The notes under the pieces were generated by a model. The model saw nothing but the letters and a program-made list of their open reading frames with translations, was not told the DNA's origin and ran no database searches. Positions 1-9,372 of a stretch of 60,004 nt of DNA are shown piece by piece (position 1 is the stretch's first letter; each line of letters starts with the position of its first letter). The stretch covers positions 1-60,004 of the forward strand of contig CAUJIB010000090.1 of assembly GCA_963205245.1 (NCBI GenBank), written 5' to 3'. Source of the stretch: Pseudomonadota bacterium (GTDB lineage: Bacteria; Pseudomonadota; Alphaproteobacteria; Rickettsiales; SXRF01). Both the position numbers and the translations under genes were made by a program.

Positions 1-29
1 AACCAGAGCATTTAACGACAAATGCCAGT

Positions 30-320
30 GTGGCTTCTAAACAAAAAAAAGTAGAAAAATTTTTAATGATGTTGAAAGCTATAGGTCTTTCCGATCCTGC
101 TTTGACAGAAGTTATATACACTGTAGAATCTCGGACTAAGAATGGCTATTTAATGTTACATCAGGAGGATATAGCAGATGGAGTATTATCACTTGGCTAT
201 AAATTACAACCTAAGATAGGAGCAAAACAACTTGAATTAAAATATACCCCTAAAGATTCAAATTTTGAATATAAAGCTCATACTAATTCTGTAATGCTTG
301 AATATAAAATGAAATTTTAA
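30..320 (+). CDS. hypothetical protein, possibly 5'-partial at the window edge
   Basis: 96-aa ORF from GTG at 30. The same frame stays open back to nt 3. No motif recognised. Confidence 0.35.
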   Translation: MASKQKKVEKFLMMLKAIGLSDPALTEVIYTVESRTKNGYLMLHQEDIADGVLSLGYKLQPKIGAKQLELKYTPKDSNFEYKAHTNSVMLEYKMKF

Positions 321-357
321 GTAGATTATACAATATTTACCGTATAAATCTTAGCTT

Positions 358-660
358 ATGATTATACAAAATAAAATAAAAGAAAAATTAACTGCCGAAT
401 TCACGCCAGTATATCTTGAAGTGTTTGATGAAAGCTATAAACATGCAGGTCATGCAGGTGCACCAGAAGGTAGTAGTGAAACACATATAGGTATTATTAT
501 AGTTTCAGATTTTTTTCTAAATCTTTCCCGTATAGAACGGGCTCGGGCAGTACATAAATCTATAGCTGAAGAAATAAAAAAAATACATGCAATAACTATT
601 CTGAAAACTTTAACACAAGCGGAATATTCTAAAATTAATTCTGAGATAAAAACTTTTTAA
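358..660 (+). CDS. BolA family protein
   Basis: 100 aa. The VFDESYKHAGHAG ... HIGIIIVSDFF pattern is typical of BolA/IbaG-type proteins. Confidence 0.8.
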   Translation: MIIQNKIKEKLTAEFTPVYLEVFDESYKHAGHAGAPEGSSETHIGIIIVSDFFLNLSRIERARAVHKSIAEEIKKIHAITILKTLTQAEYSKINSEIKTF

Positions 661-1510
661 TCGCTACAATCTCATAATCATTCATTAATGCTGGGGCATG
701 ACCAACATTATCAATTTCTAACAAAGTACAATTGGGATGGGTTTTTTGCATTTCTATAGCGGTGTCATGTCTTAATATATCTGATTCATTACCGCGAAGA
801 ATTAGTGTAGGAATTGGCTTTATAGCTTCCCATAAAGGCCAGAGGTTTGCATCTTCTATTTCTTTATCGGGATTACTTAAATTTTTTGAAATACCAGAAT
901 CGTAAGCCAAAGAAAAACTACCATCCGGATTCTCTATAATTCCATGCCTAAATAAATTTTGCCAATGTTCATAGTTTTTTATTCCGTATGCAGAGCAGCG
1001 GTTTTGTAATTCATTCTCTGCATCTATACGGGAAGTGAAATTAGAATTTATTCCAACATATGAAATTATGCGTTTCAATCCTTCTTTAGGTACTAAACAA
1101 CCTATATCATTCAAAATAAGGGTTTTAAGCAATTTAGGAAAACTATTGGCTACCATCATACCGATAATCCCTCCCATGGAAGTACCTACCCAATTTATAT
1201 TGTTAATGGAAAGGCTGTTTATGATATACTCAATATCTGAAACATATTCAGCATAATTATAATGTGCCGGATCGCTATGATATTCACTTCTGCCGCGTCC
1301 TGCCATATCTACGGAATAAACGTGATAATCCATGGAAATATCGCTTGCTAAAACATCAAAATCCCGCCCATTGCGGGTTAATCCATGGACACAAAAGACA
1401 GTTCCTTTTGGACTATGGATATTTCCCCATTCATAAATTGCCATCTTATGAGTGGTGTTTCTTCCAAAAACCGGAACATCAATAGAAATTACGCGAGGTT
1501 CAATTAGCAT
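635..1510 (-). CDS. alpha/beta-fold hydrolase
   Basis: 291 aa. HGLTRNGRDF oxyanion region, GTSMGG nucleophile elbow and C-terminal VGH. Convergent 26-nt overlap with the BolA-like gene. Confidence 0.75.
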   Translation of the reverse strand: MLIEPRVISIDVPVFGRNTTHKMAIYEWGNIHSPKGTVFCVHGLTRNGRDFDVLASDISMDYHVYSVDMAGRGRSEYHSDPAHYNYAEYVSDIEYIINSLSINNINWVGTSMGGIIGMMVANSFPKLLKTLILNDIGCLVPKEGLKRIISYVGINSNFTSRIDAENELQNRCSAYGIKNYEHWQNLFRHGIIENPDGSFSLAYDSGISKNLSNPDKEIEDANLWPLWEAIKPIPTLILRGNESDILRHDTAIEMQKTHPNCTLLEIDNVGHAPALMNDYEIVAIKKFLSQN

Positions 1511-1516
1511 GGTTTC

Positions 1517-2152
1517 TCATCGTAAGAATAATCTATTTGTTATGCTATAAAGTACATAGCGTATTAGTAGCATCTGGATAAGTGCTATAGTAAAACCAGA
1601 AACTACGTCCATGGGGAAATGTACTCCTAGTGCTATTCGTGACCAAGCTACTGAGGATATCGCAAATATACCGCTCCAACGGAAATTTTCATTAAGAGCA
1701 GGCCATAGTGCTGCTATTAAAACGGTAATAATAATTACATGTCCACTTGGGAAGCTTTGATATGCTTCTTTCGTCACCTGCCCTTCCAGTTGTATAACCT
1801 CAGAAGAAGAAAGCATGACATAAGGGCGTGGATAGGAAAAATACTCCTTAAGATAAGAAGTTGTGTATTTTGTAGAAACAAGACCAGCCCCTAGCATGAT
1901 AAAAATATTAATCCACATAAAGATATGATATTTTATTCCACCTTTTCTGGTAGAGAGTTTGAATAATAGGGAAAGTACAGCATAAACACCTATCGCCCCT
2001 AAATAATATGGTAATAAATCAACCTGTCCGAGCAGGGTGATTTTTTTCATTATACCAGCGTATATATGTTCATTACTTAAAGAATTTATTTTCTTAAAAA
2101 GCCAAGTATTTATACCAAGCCAATCATACCATAAATCCCTAAGATTGCTCAT
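1517..2152 (-). CDS. PAP2-family phosphatase (membrane)
   Basis: 211 aa, multi-TM. PAP2 motifs PSGH and SRIALGVHFPMDV are present. Confidence 0.7.
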   Translation of the reverse strand: MSNLRDLWYDWLGINTWLFKKINSLSNEHIYAGIMKKITLLGQVDLLPYYLGAIGVYAVLSLLFKLSTRKGGIKYHIFMWINIFIMLGAGLVSTKYTTSYLKEYFSYPRPYVMLSSSEVIQLEGQVTKEAYQSFPSGHVIIITVLIAALWPALNENFRWSGIFAISSVAWSRIALGVHFPMDVVSGFTIALIQMLLIRYVLYSITNRLFLR

Positions 2153-3402
2153 ACCTTATACCTATCTAAAGTTAGGCCATGAAGTATAATAGCTGGCGGT
2201 TTACTTTCCATAATGTCAGCGAGTAAAGCTGCGCTGCCAGCTGCTTGTGTCCAACCCAGTGTCCCATGTCCGGTATTGAGGAATAAATTATTATATGGAG
2301 TACGTCCCATAATTGGTGGACCATCAGGGGTTGATGGGCGCAGACATGCCCATTTTTTGATTTCTTGTGACCAGTCAGCCTTTGGAACCAAGCTGCTTGC
2401 CGCACGGATTATTGGTTCAATACGTTTTTCATTAATAGAGGTATCATAACCGGCAAATTCAGCAGTTCCAGCCACGCGGACACGTTTTCCTAATTTGCTG
2501 TAAACAATTTTATGAGAACCGTCAGTGATGCTTATGTTCGGACATAATTCATTTGCTTCTAAAGTTATGCTGTAGCCTTTCATCGGGTAAATAGGTACGT
2601 TAATTCCAATCTGGCGTAAATAGACTGAACTATAAGAACCAAGTGCCATAACAAAACCATCGGCCTGCATATCACCTTTATCAGTGCTTACAGCAATGAT
2701 TTTATTTTTTTCTTTTTTCAGTTCTTTTACCGTAACCCCATATTCAAATTTTACATTAAAACGCTGAGATGCACGTTCTGCTAATTTTACACAGAAAGTA
2801 TTGGCGTCACCACTTTCGTCATTATACGCATGTATTCCACCAACAATATTACGCTCACTATGAGAAAGCATGGGTTCTAAGGCATAAACTTCATCCCTAG
2901 ATAAAGTTTTTTCTTTACCACCAAATTTTTCCTGAAATTCAATCTGTTTTTTGCCATGCTCTAATTCTTCATGAGAGCCGTAGACATGCAATATGCCTTT
3001 GTCGTTATAATCAAAGTCAAATCCCTCATCATTTTTTATAACATGCATACGTTCACGGCTATAAAGCCCCAAGCGTAATAAATTTACTGTGGCAATATCA
3101 GCTCGGGTTTTTGTACAATTTCTTAAAAATGACAATCCCCATTTAATCATTTGCCAATCAGCGCGCGGATGAAACACTAAAGGAGAGTCGCTGCGAAGCA
3201 TCCAGCTTGGAAGTTTTGGTAAAATTGAAGCATTTGCCCAAGGTTCAGCATGGCTATAGCTAAGTTGTCCTCCATTGGCAAAACTGGTTTCTGCTGCCGC
3301 AGTTTTTTGTCTGTCTATTACGGTGACATCAAAGCCTCTTTTGCCTAACTCATAAGCTGTTGCAACACCTAATAAACCAGAACCAAGAACAAGAATTTTC
3401 AT
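2149..3402 (-). CDS. dadA: D-amino-acid dehydrogenase-type FAD oxidoreductase
   Basis: 417 aa. N-terminal FAD fold MKILVLGSGLLGVATAYELGKRGFDVTVIDR and DadA-like length. ATGA overlap with the downstream PAP2 gene. Confidence 0.8.
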   Translation of the reverse strand: MKILVLGSGLLGVATAYELGKRGFDVTVIDRQKTAAAETSFANGGQLSYSHAEPWANASILPKLPSWMLRSDSPLVFHPRADWQMIKWGLSFLRNCTKTRADIATVNLLRLGLYSRERMHVIKNDEGFDFDYNDKGILHVYGSHEELEHGKKQIEFQEKFGGKEKTLSRDEVYALEPMLSHSERNIVGGIHAYNDESGDANTFCVKLAERASQRFNVKFEYGVTVKELKKEKNKIIAVSTDKGDMQADGFVMALGSYSSVYLRQIGINVPIYPMKGYSITLEANELCPNISITDGSHKIVYSKLGKRVRVAGTAEFAGYDTSINEKRIEPIIRAASSLVPKADWSQEIKKWACLRPSTPDGPPIMGRTPYNNLFLNTGHGTLGWTQAAGSAALLADIMESKPPAIILHGLTLDRYKV

Positions 3403-3563
3403 GAATAAATACGCTAATTTTTATAGTTATAATAAATATATTATATAAATTATTTTTCTAATATAGAAGAAATCATTATTCAATTTTTTTTCCAATGATT
3501 TATACAGTTTTATCTTTATAAAAATTTATTTAACCAAAAATAATTGTGTGATATAGCCTAACC

Positions 3564-4562
3564 ATGACGAATTTTAATCCTGCTTTCCCTAATATTAGAT
3601 TAAGACGTACACGCATGAATGAGTGGTCACGTAAACTGCTCGCAGAGAACCATCTGCGTGCATCGGATCTGATTTTACCAATATTTATACAAGAAGGCAC
3701 AAACATTAAAACGCCAATAGAATCCCTACCTGATGTTTATCGCGTAACACTGGATATTTTAGTTGAGCAGGTAAAAGAGGCGCGGGATTTTGGTATACGT
3801 GCCGTATCATTATTTCCCTATATAGAGCCATCATTGAAAAGCCCATATGGAGATGAAGGGCTATTTAATGAAAATCTGGTTTGTCGTGCTATTGCTGCTA
3901 TAAAAGAAAATGTACCTGATATTGGTGTGATAGCTGATATAGCTCTTGATCCATATACTACCCACGGGCAGGATGGAATTATTGAAAATGGTAAGATAGA
4001 TAACGACCTAACTATAAAACAGCTTTGTAAACAGGCTTTGGTAATGGCTCAGGCCGGTTGCGATATTGTTGCTCCTTCAGATATGATGGATGGGCGCGTT
4101 GGCGCAATTCGTAAAAATCTGGAACGCCACAGTTTTGCAGATACAATTATCCTTTCTTATAGTGCAAAATACTCATCTTCTATGTATGCACCATTCCGTG
4201 ATGCAGTTGGTTCTAAAGCACAATTAGGAAAAGCTGATAAAAGCAGTTACCAGATGGATTGTGCTAACAGTATTGAAGCAATGCGCGAAATAGAGCTGGA
4301 TATAGCAGAAGGTGCAGATATTGTTATGGTGAAACCAGCCATTAGTTATTTAGATATTATAAGCAAAGCTTCTTCCAATTTTACTGTTCCTATATTTGCT
4401 TATCAGGTAAGCGGTGAGTATTCTATGATAAAAGCAGCACATGAACGTGGTTTTATAGATGGCGATGCGGTCATGTTAGAGCAGTTATTAGCTATAAAAC
4501 GTGCTGGTGCGCGGGCGATTTTTACTTATGCGGCATTGGAAGTGGCAAAGAAGATAATTTAA
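3564..4562 (+). CDS. hemB: porphobilinogen synthase (delta-aminolevulinate dehydratase)
   Basis: 332 aa with full-length HemB pattern (VMVKPA, FAYQVSGEY). The Asp-rich DIALDPYTTHGQDG replaces the Cys-rich Zn site, which suggests an Mg-type enzyme. Confidence 0.95.
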   Translation: MTNFNPAFPNIRLRRTRMNEWSRKLLAENHLRASDLILPIFIQEGTNIKTPIESLPDVYRVTLDILVEQVKEARDFGIRAVSLFPYIEPSLKSPYGDEGLFNENLVCRAIAAIKENVPDIGVIADIALDPYTTHGQDGIIENGKIDNDLTIKQLCKQALVMAQAGCDIVAPSDMMDGRVGAIRKNLERHSFADTIILSYSAKYSSSMYAPFRDAVGSKAQLGKADKSSYQMDCANSIEAMREIELDIAEGADIVMVKPAISYLDIISKASSNFTVPIFAYQVSGEYSMIKAAHERGFIDGDAVMLEQLLAIKRAGARAIFTYAALEVAKKII

Positions 4563-4576
4563 TTATGCAATTTGGT

Positions 4577-6064
4577 TTAACTTAAATAACCTTGCTTATT
4601 GCTTGGTATACTAAGAGCTGTGCTAAGCGGTGATCTGAATGAACCTAAAGATCCATCATTATAGTCCATCATTTCACCTTTTATATCATGCTTAAAATTA
4701 ATCTGATTCCTCAATCTTGAAAAGATATGTGCATTTTTAGGGTTTTGCAAATCAATATAGCGGTCATTACCAACTACTGTGATTTCAAATTTTTCATTAC
4801 GGTGTGCAACGTTTATTTTATTGCCTTCGTGAAAATCACCATTTTTATCTGGGATAGATATAGTAAGGACTTTTCCATTATTTCCATCTATTCTGATTTT
4901 TAACGCACCAATCGCTTCCTTTGTTTCATAAGGCTTGGGGTCAATCCATTTGTTTTCATCATTAATTACAAACTCGTTACGTTTATTGATATTAATCTGA
5001 GAAGGACTATTGGATTGTGGTTCAGATTTATCATGAGTTATATCGTTGTTTGGCTGAGATGTAGGGGGTTGTATTGTTGAAGGTGGTACTGTTAATTTTA
5101 TCCTTCTCAAATCATTATTTTCTTGAGCGTTTAATTGGTCATTGTTTTTTAGTGGAGTTTCTATTGATAAACTGTTAAGTGCAGTACCAACTTTCAAAAC
5201 ATTTGGATCTTCTTGTTCTTTATGAGTAGTTGTTGTCTTGCTTTTTTGTGCATTCCAATCATAGCTATTCCAATTTCTTCTTAGTAAATTCAATTTTTCT
5301 TTAACTTCTGGAGATTCTAAATCTATATAGCCAACCTTTTTCCCATCAATATCATTGTATGTTACTGGTAGAGAGGTATCTTTATGGGAAAGATAATATA
5401 ATGTATCAGTATCCTTAAATGTACTTTTGGCATTTTCGTCAAATATCGTATAATTTCTAAGGCGACCATCCAAATAAACACTTAACCGTATAGAATTTGG
5501 TTTCACTACATCAAAATCTAGAGCTTTTGCATTTTCAAACTTAGTATTTTCGCCTTTAACGGAAATTTTGGCAGATTTTCCCATATCATTGGTTCCTAAG
5601 CTACCATCTTCATTTATAGTAAAGATCACATATCTTTCTTTATTATTTTTCTTTTCATCTTCATATTTTTTTAGCTGATCATCACTATTAGTTAAAATAA
5701 TACGTTTTTCTTTATCAGTTTGTTTTTCAATTTGTTGGGAGACATCATTTGGCGGGATAATTGTTTGTGTTGGTTCTTTTTCATCAGTAAATTTTTTATA
5801 GATATTACCAAAAGCACCGTTTTCTTTATCGTAGCTAACGCCCGCTATTATGGACAATAGGGCAATGATAACGCCAAACCCTCCGCCCATTCCTAACGCA
5901 CCAATTAGCGCAATAGCTCCACCTGCGATTAAACCGGTATTATTAGAGAAAAAATTATCTTTTTTATCTGTGGTATCGGTTTTAGGTTCTGGAGAAGCCG
6001 TGCTTACAGTTTTATTCTCTGCTTCTTTATCATGCTCCTGTTTTTTATCTTCTGCTGCGGTCAT
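4577..6064 (-). CDS. orphan membrane-anchored protein (Gly-zipper TM, duplicated C-terminal module)
   Basis: 495 aa. Charged N-terminus, then the TM segment GLIAGGAIALIGALGMGGGFGVIIALL. Two related modules end in ..GYIDLESPEVKEKLNLLRRNWN and ..RYIDLQNPKNAHIFSRLRNQINF. Confidence 0.6.
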   Translation of the reverse strand: MTAAEDKKQEHDKEAENKTVSTASPEPKTDTTDKKDNFFSNNTGLIAGGAIALIGALGMGGGFGVIIALLSIIAGVSYDKENGAFGNIYKKFTDEKEPTQTIIPPNDVSQQIEKQTDKEKRIILTNSDDQLKKYEDEKKNNKERYVIFTINEDGSLGTNDMGKSAKISVKGENTKFENAKALDFDVVKPNSIRLSVYLDGRLRNYTIFDENAKSTFKDTDTLYYLSHKDTSLPVTYNDIDGKKVGYIDLESPEVKEKLNLLRRNWNSYDWNAQKSKTTTTHKEQEDPNVLKVGTALNSLSIETPLKNNDQLNAQENNDLRRIKLTVPPSTIQPPTSQPNNDITHDKSEPQSNSPSQININKRNEFVINDENKWIDPKPYETKEAIGALKIRIDGNNGKVLTISIPDKNGDFHEGNKINVAHRNEKFEITVVGNDRYIDLQNPKNAHIFSRLRNQINFKHDIKGEMMDYNDGSLGSFRSPLSTALSIPSNKQGYLS

Positions 6065-6077
6065 ACAAATTTACTAT

Positions 6078-7223
6078 TTATCTTTTAGAAGATGCAGAAT
6101 TCTGGGTATGTTCACTTTTACCTAGGCTTGCCATTGCTATTGGCGGAGGTGTAATGCTCTCAGCTTCTTGGCTTTGCAGAGGTGTGTATTTTCTATCTAA
6201 TTGAACGGTGCTAACATTTTTTTGTTCAGTTTGCGCTTTAGCAACATCCTCTACCCCTTGCTCAATAACTTTTCCTTGGGTTTGTTCAGGCTGTTTTGCC
6301 GCAGTATTAGAATTGCCTTTTAATGATTCATAAGTGTTTTTTGATTTAATATTATCAACAATTGCATTTCCGGCATATGCTCCGATGCCAACAAAAGCAA
6401 GTTTTAGCAGATTTCCTAGCCAGCCTGCATCAGTAACGAAAGTAGAAGCCATCACAAAACCAAGCAAAGCACCACCGATACCGCCTACTTGAACTCCGCC
6501 TTTGTCTTCATCATGGAAGGCACTGGTTATTTTTTTTAATATCCCGCCTTTGCTCGGAGAGTATTTAGAAACTGCATCAAAAGTTAGGTCAACTTCTTTA
6601 TCCAAAATATCTTTAGATATATTAGGGTTATTACTATGATGTTGCGCTCTGACCCTGTTTGCTACTTCCTTGTCAAGATCCCTATAAATTCTATCTGCTT
6701 CACGGGTTACAAATTCTCTATCTACCGGAACTGGGTCGCCATTTTTATTGGCGTATTGAAAAGCATCAACAGTTTGCTTAATGCGCTCATCCAGCAACTC
6801 TCTTCTGGTGCTTATGATAAGGTCAAAAGTATCGTGTGGTGGGTAGTTGCCATCACGCTTCATGGTGTCGGCATTTTGTGCTGTCCAAGCTCTAGCTCTT
6901 ATGATTGAAGCTTCATAGTCCATTTCCCTGCGGATGACTTTATCACGTATGAATGTATCAATATTTTTATTGAGTTCATCCATGTATTTAGAAGGAGGCA
7001 CTTTAGGTTCGGTTTTTTCATCTTTGGTTGGTTGATGATGATCAGGAGTATTAGCTTGGGCTAAGTTGACGGTAGATGTCTTCAATTCTTCAGGAGGTCT
7101 TTCATGAAGAGGACGCTCTACAAGTGGGGCATTGGGATTGACCGTACTGCCAGTGCCAAACCATCTAGCTGCAAGCAGCCTTGAAGATAGTCTTATATCA
7201 AATGGGTCAGACCAGAAAGACAC
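6078..7223 (-). CDS. orphan protein with Gly-rich double TM segment
   Basis: 381 aa, GTG start. Soluble N-terminal part, then GGIGGALLGFVMASTF and LAFVGIGAYAGNAIV, then a Q/E/K-rich tail. Lies 13 nt upstream of the next orphan gene. Confidence 0.6.
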   Translation of the reverse strand: MSFWSDPFDIRLSSRLLAARWFGTGSTVNPNAPLVERPLHERPPEELKTSTVNLAQANTPDHHQPTKDEKTEPKVPPSKYMDELNKNIDTFIRDKVIRREMDYEASIIRARAWTAQNADTMKRDGNYPPHDTFDLIISTRRELLDERIKQTVDAFQYANKNGDPVPVDREFVTREADRIYRDLDKEVANRVRAQHHSNNPNISKDILDKEVDLTFDAVSKYSPSKGGILKKITSAFHDEDKGGVQVGGIGGALLGFVMASTFVTDAGWLGNLLKLAFVGIGAYAGNAIVDNIKSKNTYESLKGNSNTAAKQPEQTQGKVIEQGVEDVAKAQTEQKNVSTVQLDRKYTPLQSQEAESITPPPIAMASLGKSEHTQNSASSKR

Positions 7224-7374
7224 GGCACACTACCTATTGTTAAAAATAAATTTTTCCTACCCTAACTCTATATAAATACATGATATTTCTCAAGTGAAGG
7301 TTTTGTTACAGGTTTTTTACAATGATGCACTTTGTATATCATATTGAAATATAATGTATTTATATAAAAATTAA

Positions 7375-9306
7375 TTAATGTGTAAAGGCTACAATCCCTC
7401 CGGTGCTGCCAGTGAGAATCTGGTCAAAAGCTTGGGTTGGGGTGGCTTGCGGTATGCCGGTACTATCAAAAGCTAAACTTTCAGTGAAGCTATAGATAGA
7501 GCCTAATTTCATGTAAATTCTTGGTACGGCACTGTTTGATAGAGAATAAACTACATAATTGTTAGAATTCTTGGAAAATGAAAAGGAAGCAGTTGGGCTA
7601 CCGGTTACTGCTGGAGTTGAAGTAAGGTAGTTTTGATCTACTGCAACAGTGTCGGCTCCCGAAATAAATGTCCCATTGCAAAATATATCATTGGGATCAA
7701 TTTTGCAGATAAATGGAGCAGAAGATACTATATTTGATACAAAATATTTATTATCTTGGGAAAATAACAGGCTGTTATTGGTGCTGGCAATAGAATCTGT
7801 AAAGTCCGTGCTTAGTTTTACAAAGCTTGGGGTACTGCCGCCTAATACCCGCCAAATTTTGAAATAATATGAAGATGTTGCAAAACGCTCGGTTTCTATC
7901 AAATATTTTCCGTCAGGGGAAAATACTAATGATTCTGGGGAGTTAACAGTCCCTATGGTCGGGGTGGGTTGGGTTATATCAGTAGCGGATGCGCTAAAAC
8001 TATCACCTTTACGTTTATATATTCTAGAGGTCGTTCCGGTACTGCGTACCGCCAGTAATGTAGCGTCTATGGAGAATGAAAGCTCTTGTACTGTTCCCCC
8101 GTGAGGGGTAGGAGAAATTGGTGTACTGGAAAGTTTTACAAATTTGTCACCCGCCTGTTTCCATAAATTTATAGTTGCGGAATTGCTTATAGCTAGATAT
8201 CCGTTATTGGAAAGATCCATTACTCCATTGGCATCATATACACATTCTTCACCTGTGGCAAAAGCAGTGGATAAATTAGTAAGCGTGCCGTTAGCATTTA
8301 TTTTGTATAAATTGCAGCCTGCGAAAGAATAAACCAATAAATGCTGGTTCTTTGCAGTAAATGCAACCCCGCGTACCTTATCAGTTGGGAGCGGGCTTAA
8401 ATCTGCCTGTTTTATAAATGCCCCGCATTGATTTTTATAGGTGTAAACGGTACCCCCTGCAGCTTTAATATATCCTATAGCTAGGTCTGGACCTCTATAA
8501 CCATCGTCATTAAGGGCATCTTGAGGGGACGTCATTTGCCAGCGTTCTTTATAACGCACAATATCATCAAAATAATTGGTTGCTGATGAAGAATTTGGGT
8601 TAGGGTTTCTTTGTATATAATTGCCTAGTACGGTCGTATTAACTGCTGAGCTCGTACAGTGGCAATTAGCAAGTTCATCAACATTAGTACTGCCTGCATT
8701 GTAAAGCGTTCCGGTATTAGTGTGGGCTCCATGGCCATTTTTCCCAAAACTAATTAACGCATAAATAGCACTGTTAGAGCGATCATTGCCGCTTGCATCC
8801 ATGATCCTGATGGCGGTGTCGTTAACTGTACAAGCACTGCTTTTTGCTGGGATACGTGAGCTTGCATAAGGCAAAGCAAAATTTGGCTTTACAGCATATC
8901 TTATTTTTTTTCCCCAAGCGTCATATATAAAATCTTTCGGTAAGTCCAATGTTGTTATCGGTACAGCCCCTTCTGCTGCCTTATAAAGAAAATTCAAACT
9001 GGTATTGGCATTTGCTGATGGAGTTCCTCCTGAACATGTAAGATTTACATTGCTTGCTTCTACTCCATAATTAGTACTTGTTGAGGCTAAGGTTGCATCT
9101 GCCGGACAAGGAAGCCGCCCGTTTTTTTGCCAGAAAGTAAGTAAAGCCTTTTCTATTGTGTCTAGGCGGTTATTAGTGGCTACTATATTGGCTGACTCGA
9201 TCATCTCTAGAGATGATGAAATGCTGAAAGAGCCTATTAAAGCTATAATAACTATAACAATAGTTAGTTCTATTAAAGTAAAGGCCTGTTTTGTAAGTAA
9301 ATTCAT
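7375..9306 (-). CDS. prepilin-type N-terminal domain protein with large propeller-like body
   Basis: 643 aa. The N-terminus MNLLTKQA|FTLIELTIVIVIIALIG is a class III signal with Glu at +5. The body has repeated strands such as LVFSPDGKYLIE, LLFSQDNKYFVS, GVAFTAKNQHLLVYS and ELSFSIDATLLAV. Confidence 0.75.
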   Translation of the reverse strand: MNLLTKQAFTLIELTIVIVIIALIGSFSISSSLEMIESANIVATNNRLDTIEKALLTFWQKNGRLPCPADATLASTSTNYGVEASNVNLTCSGGTPSANANTSLNFLYKAAEGAVPITTLDLPKDFIYDAWGKKIRYAVKPNFALPYASSRIPAKSSACTVNDTAIRIMDASGNDRSNSAIYALISFGKNGHGAHTNTGTLYNAGSTNVDELANCHCTSSAVNTTVLGNYIQRNPNPNSSSATNYFDDIVRYKERWQMTSPQDALNDDGYRGPDLAIGYIKAAGGTVYTYKNQCGAFIKQADLSPLPTDKVRGVAFTAKNQHLLVYSFAGCNLYKINANGTLTNLSTAFATGEECVYDANGVMDLSNNGYLAISNSATINLWKQAGDKFVKLSSTPISPTPHGGTVQELSFSIDATLLAVRSTGTTSRIYKRKGDSFSASATDITQPTPTIGTVNSPESLVFSPDGKYLIETERFATSSYYFKIWRVLGGSTPSFVKLSTDFTDSIASTNNSLLFSQDNKYFVSNIVSSAPFICKIDPNDIFCNGTFISGADTVAVDQNYLTSTPAVTGSPTASFSFSKNSNNYVVYSLSNSAVPRIYMKLGSIYSFTESLAFDSTGIPQATPTQAFDQILTGSTGGIVAFTH

Positions 9307-9372
9307 AGGGGCATTTATCTATTGATAATAAAAAATATATGAAATGATAATTATTACAAAGTGGCGTTAATA

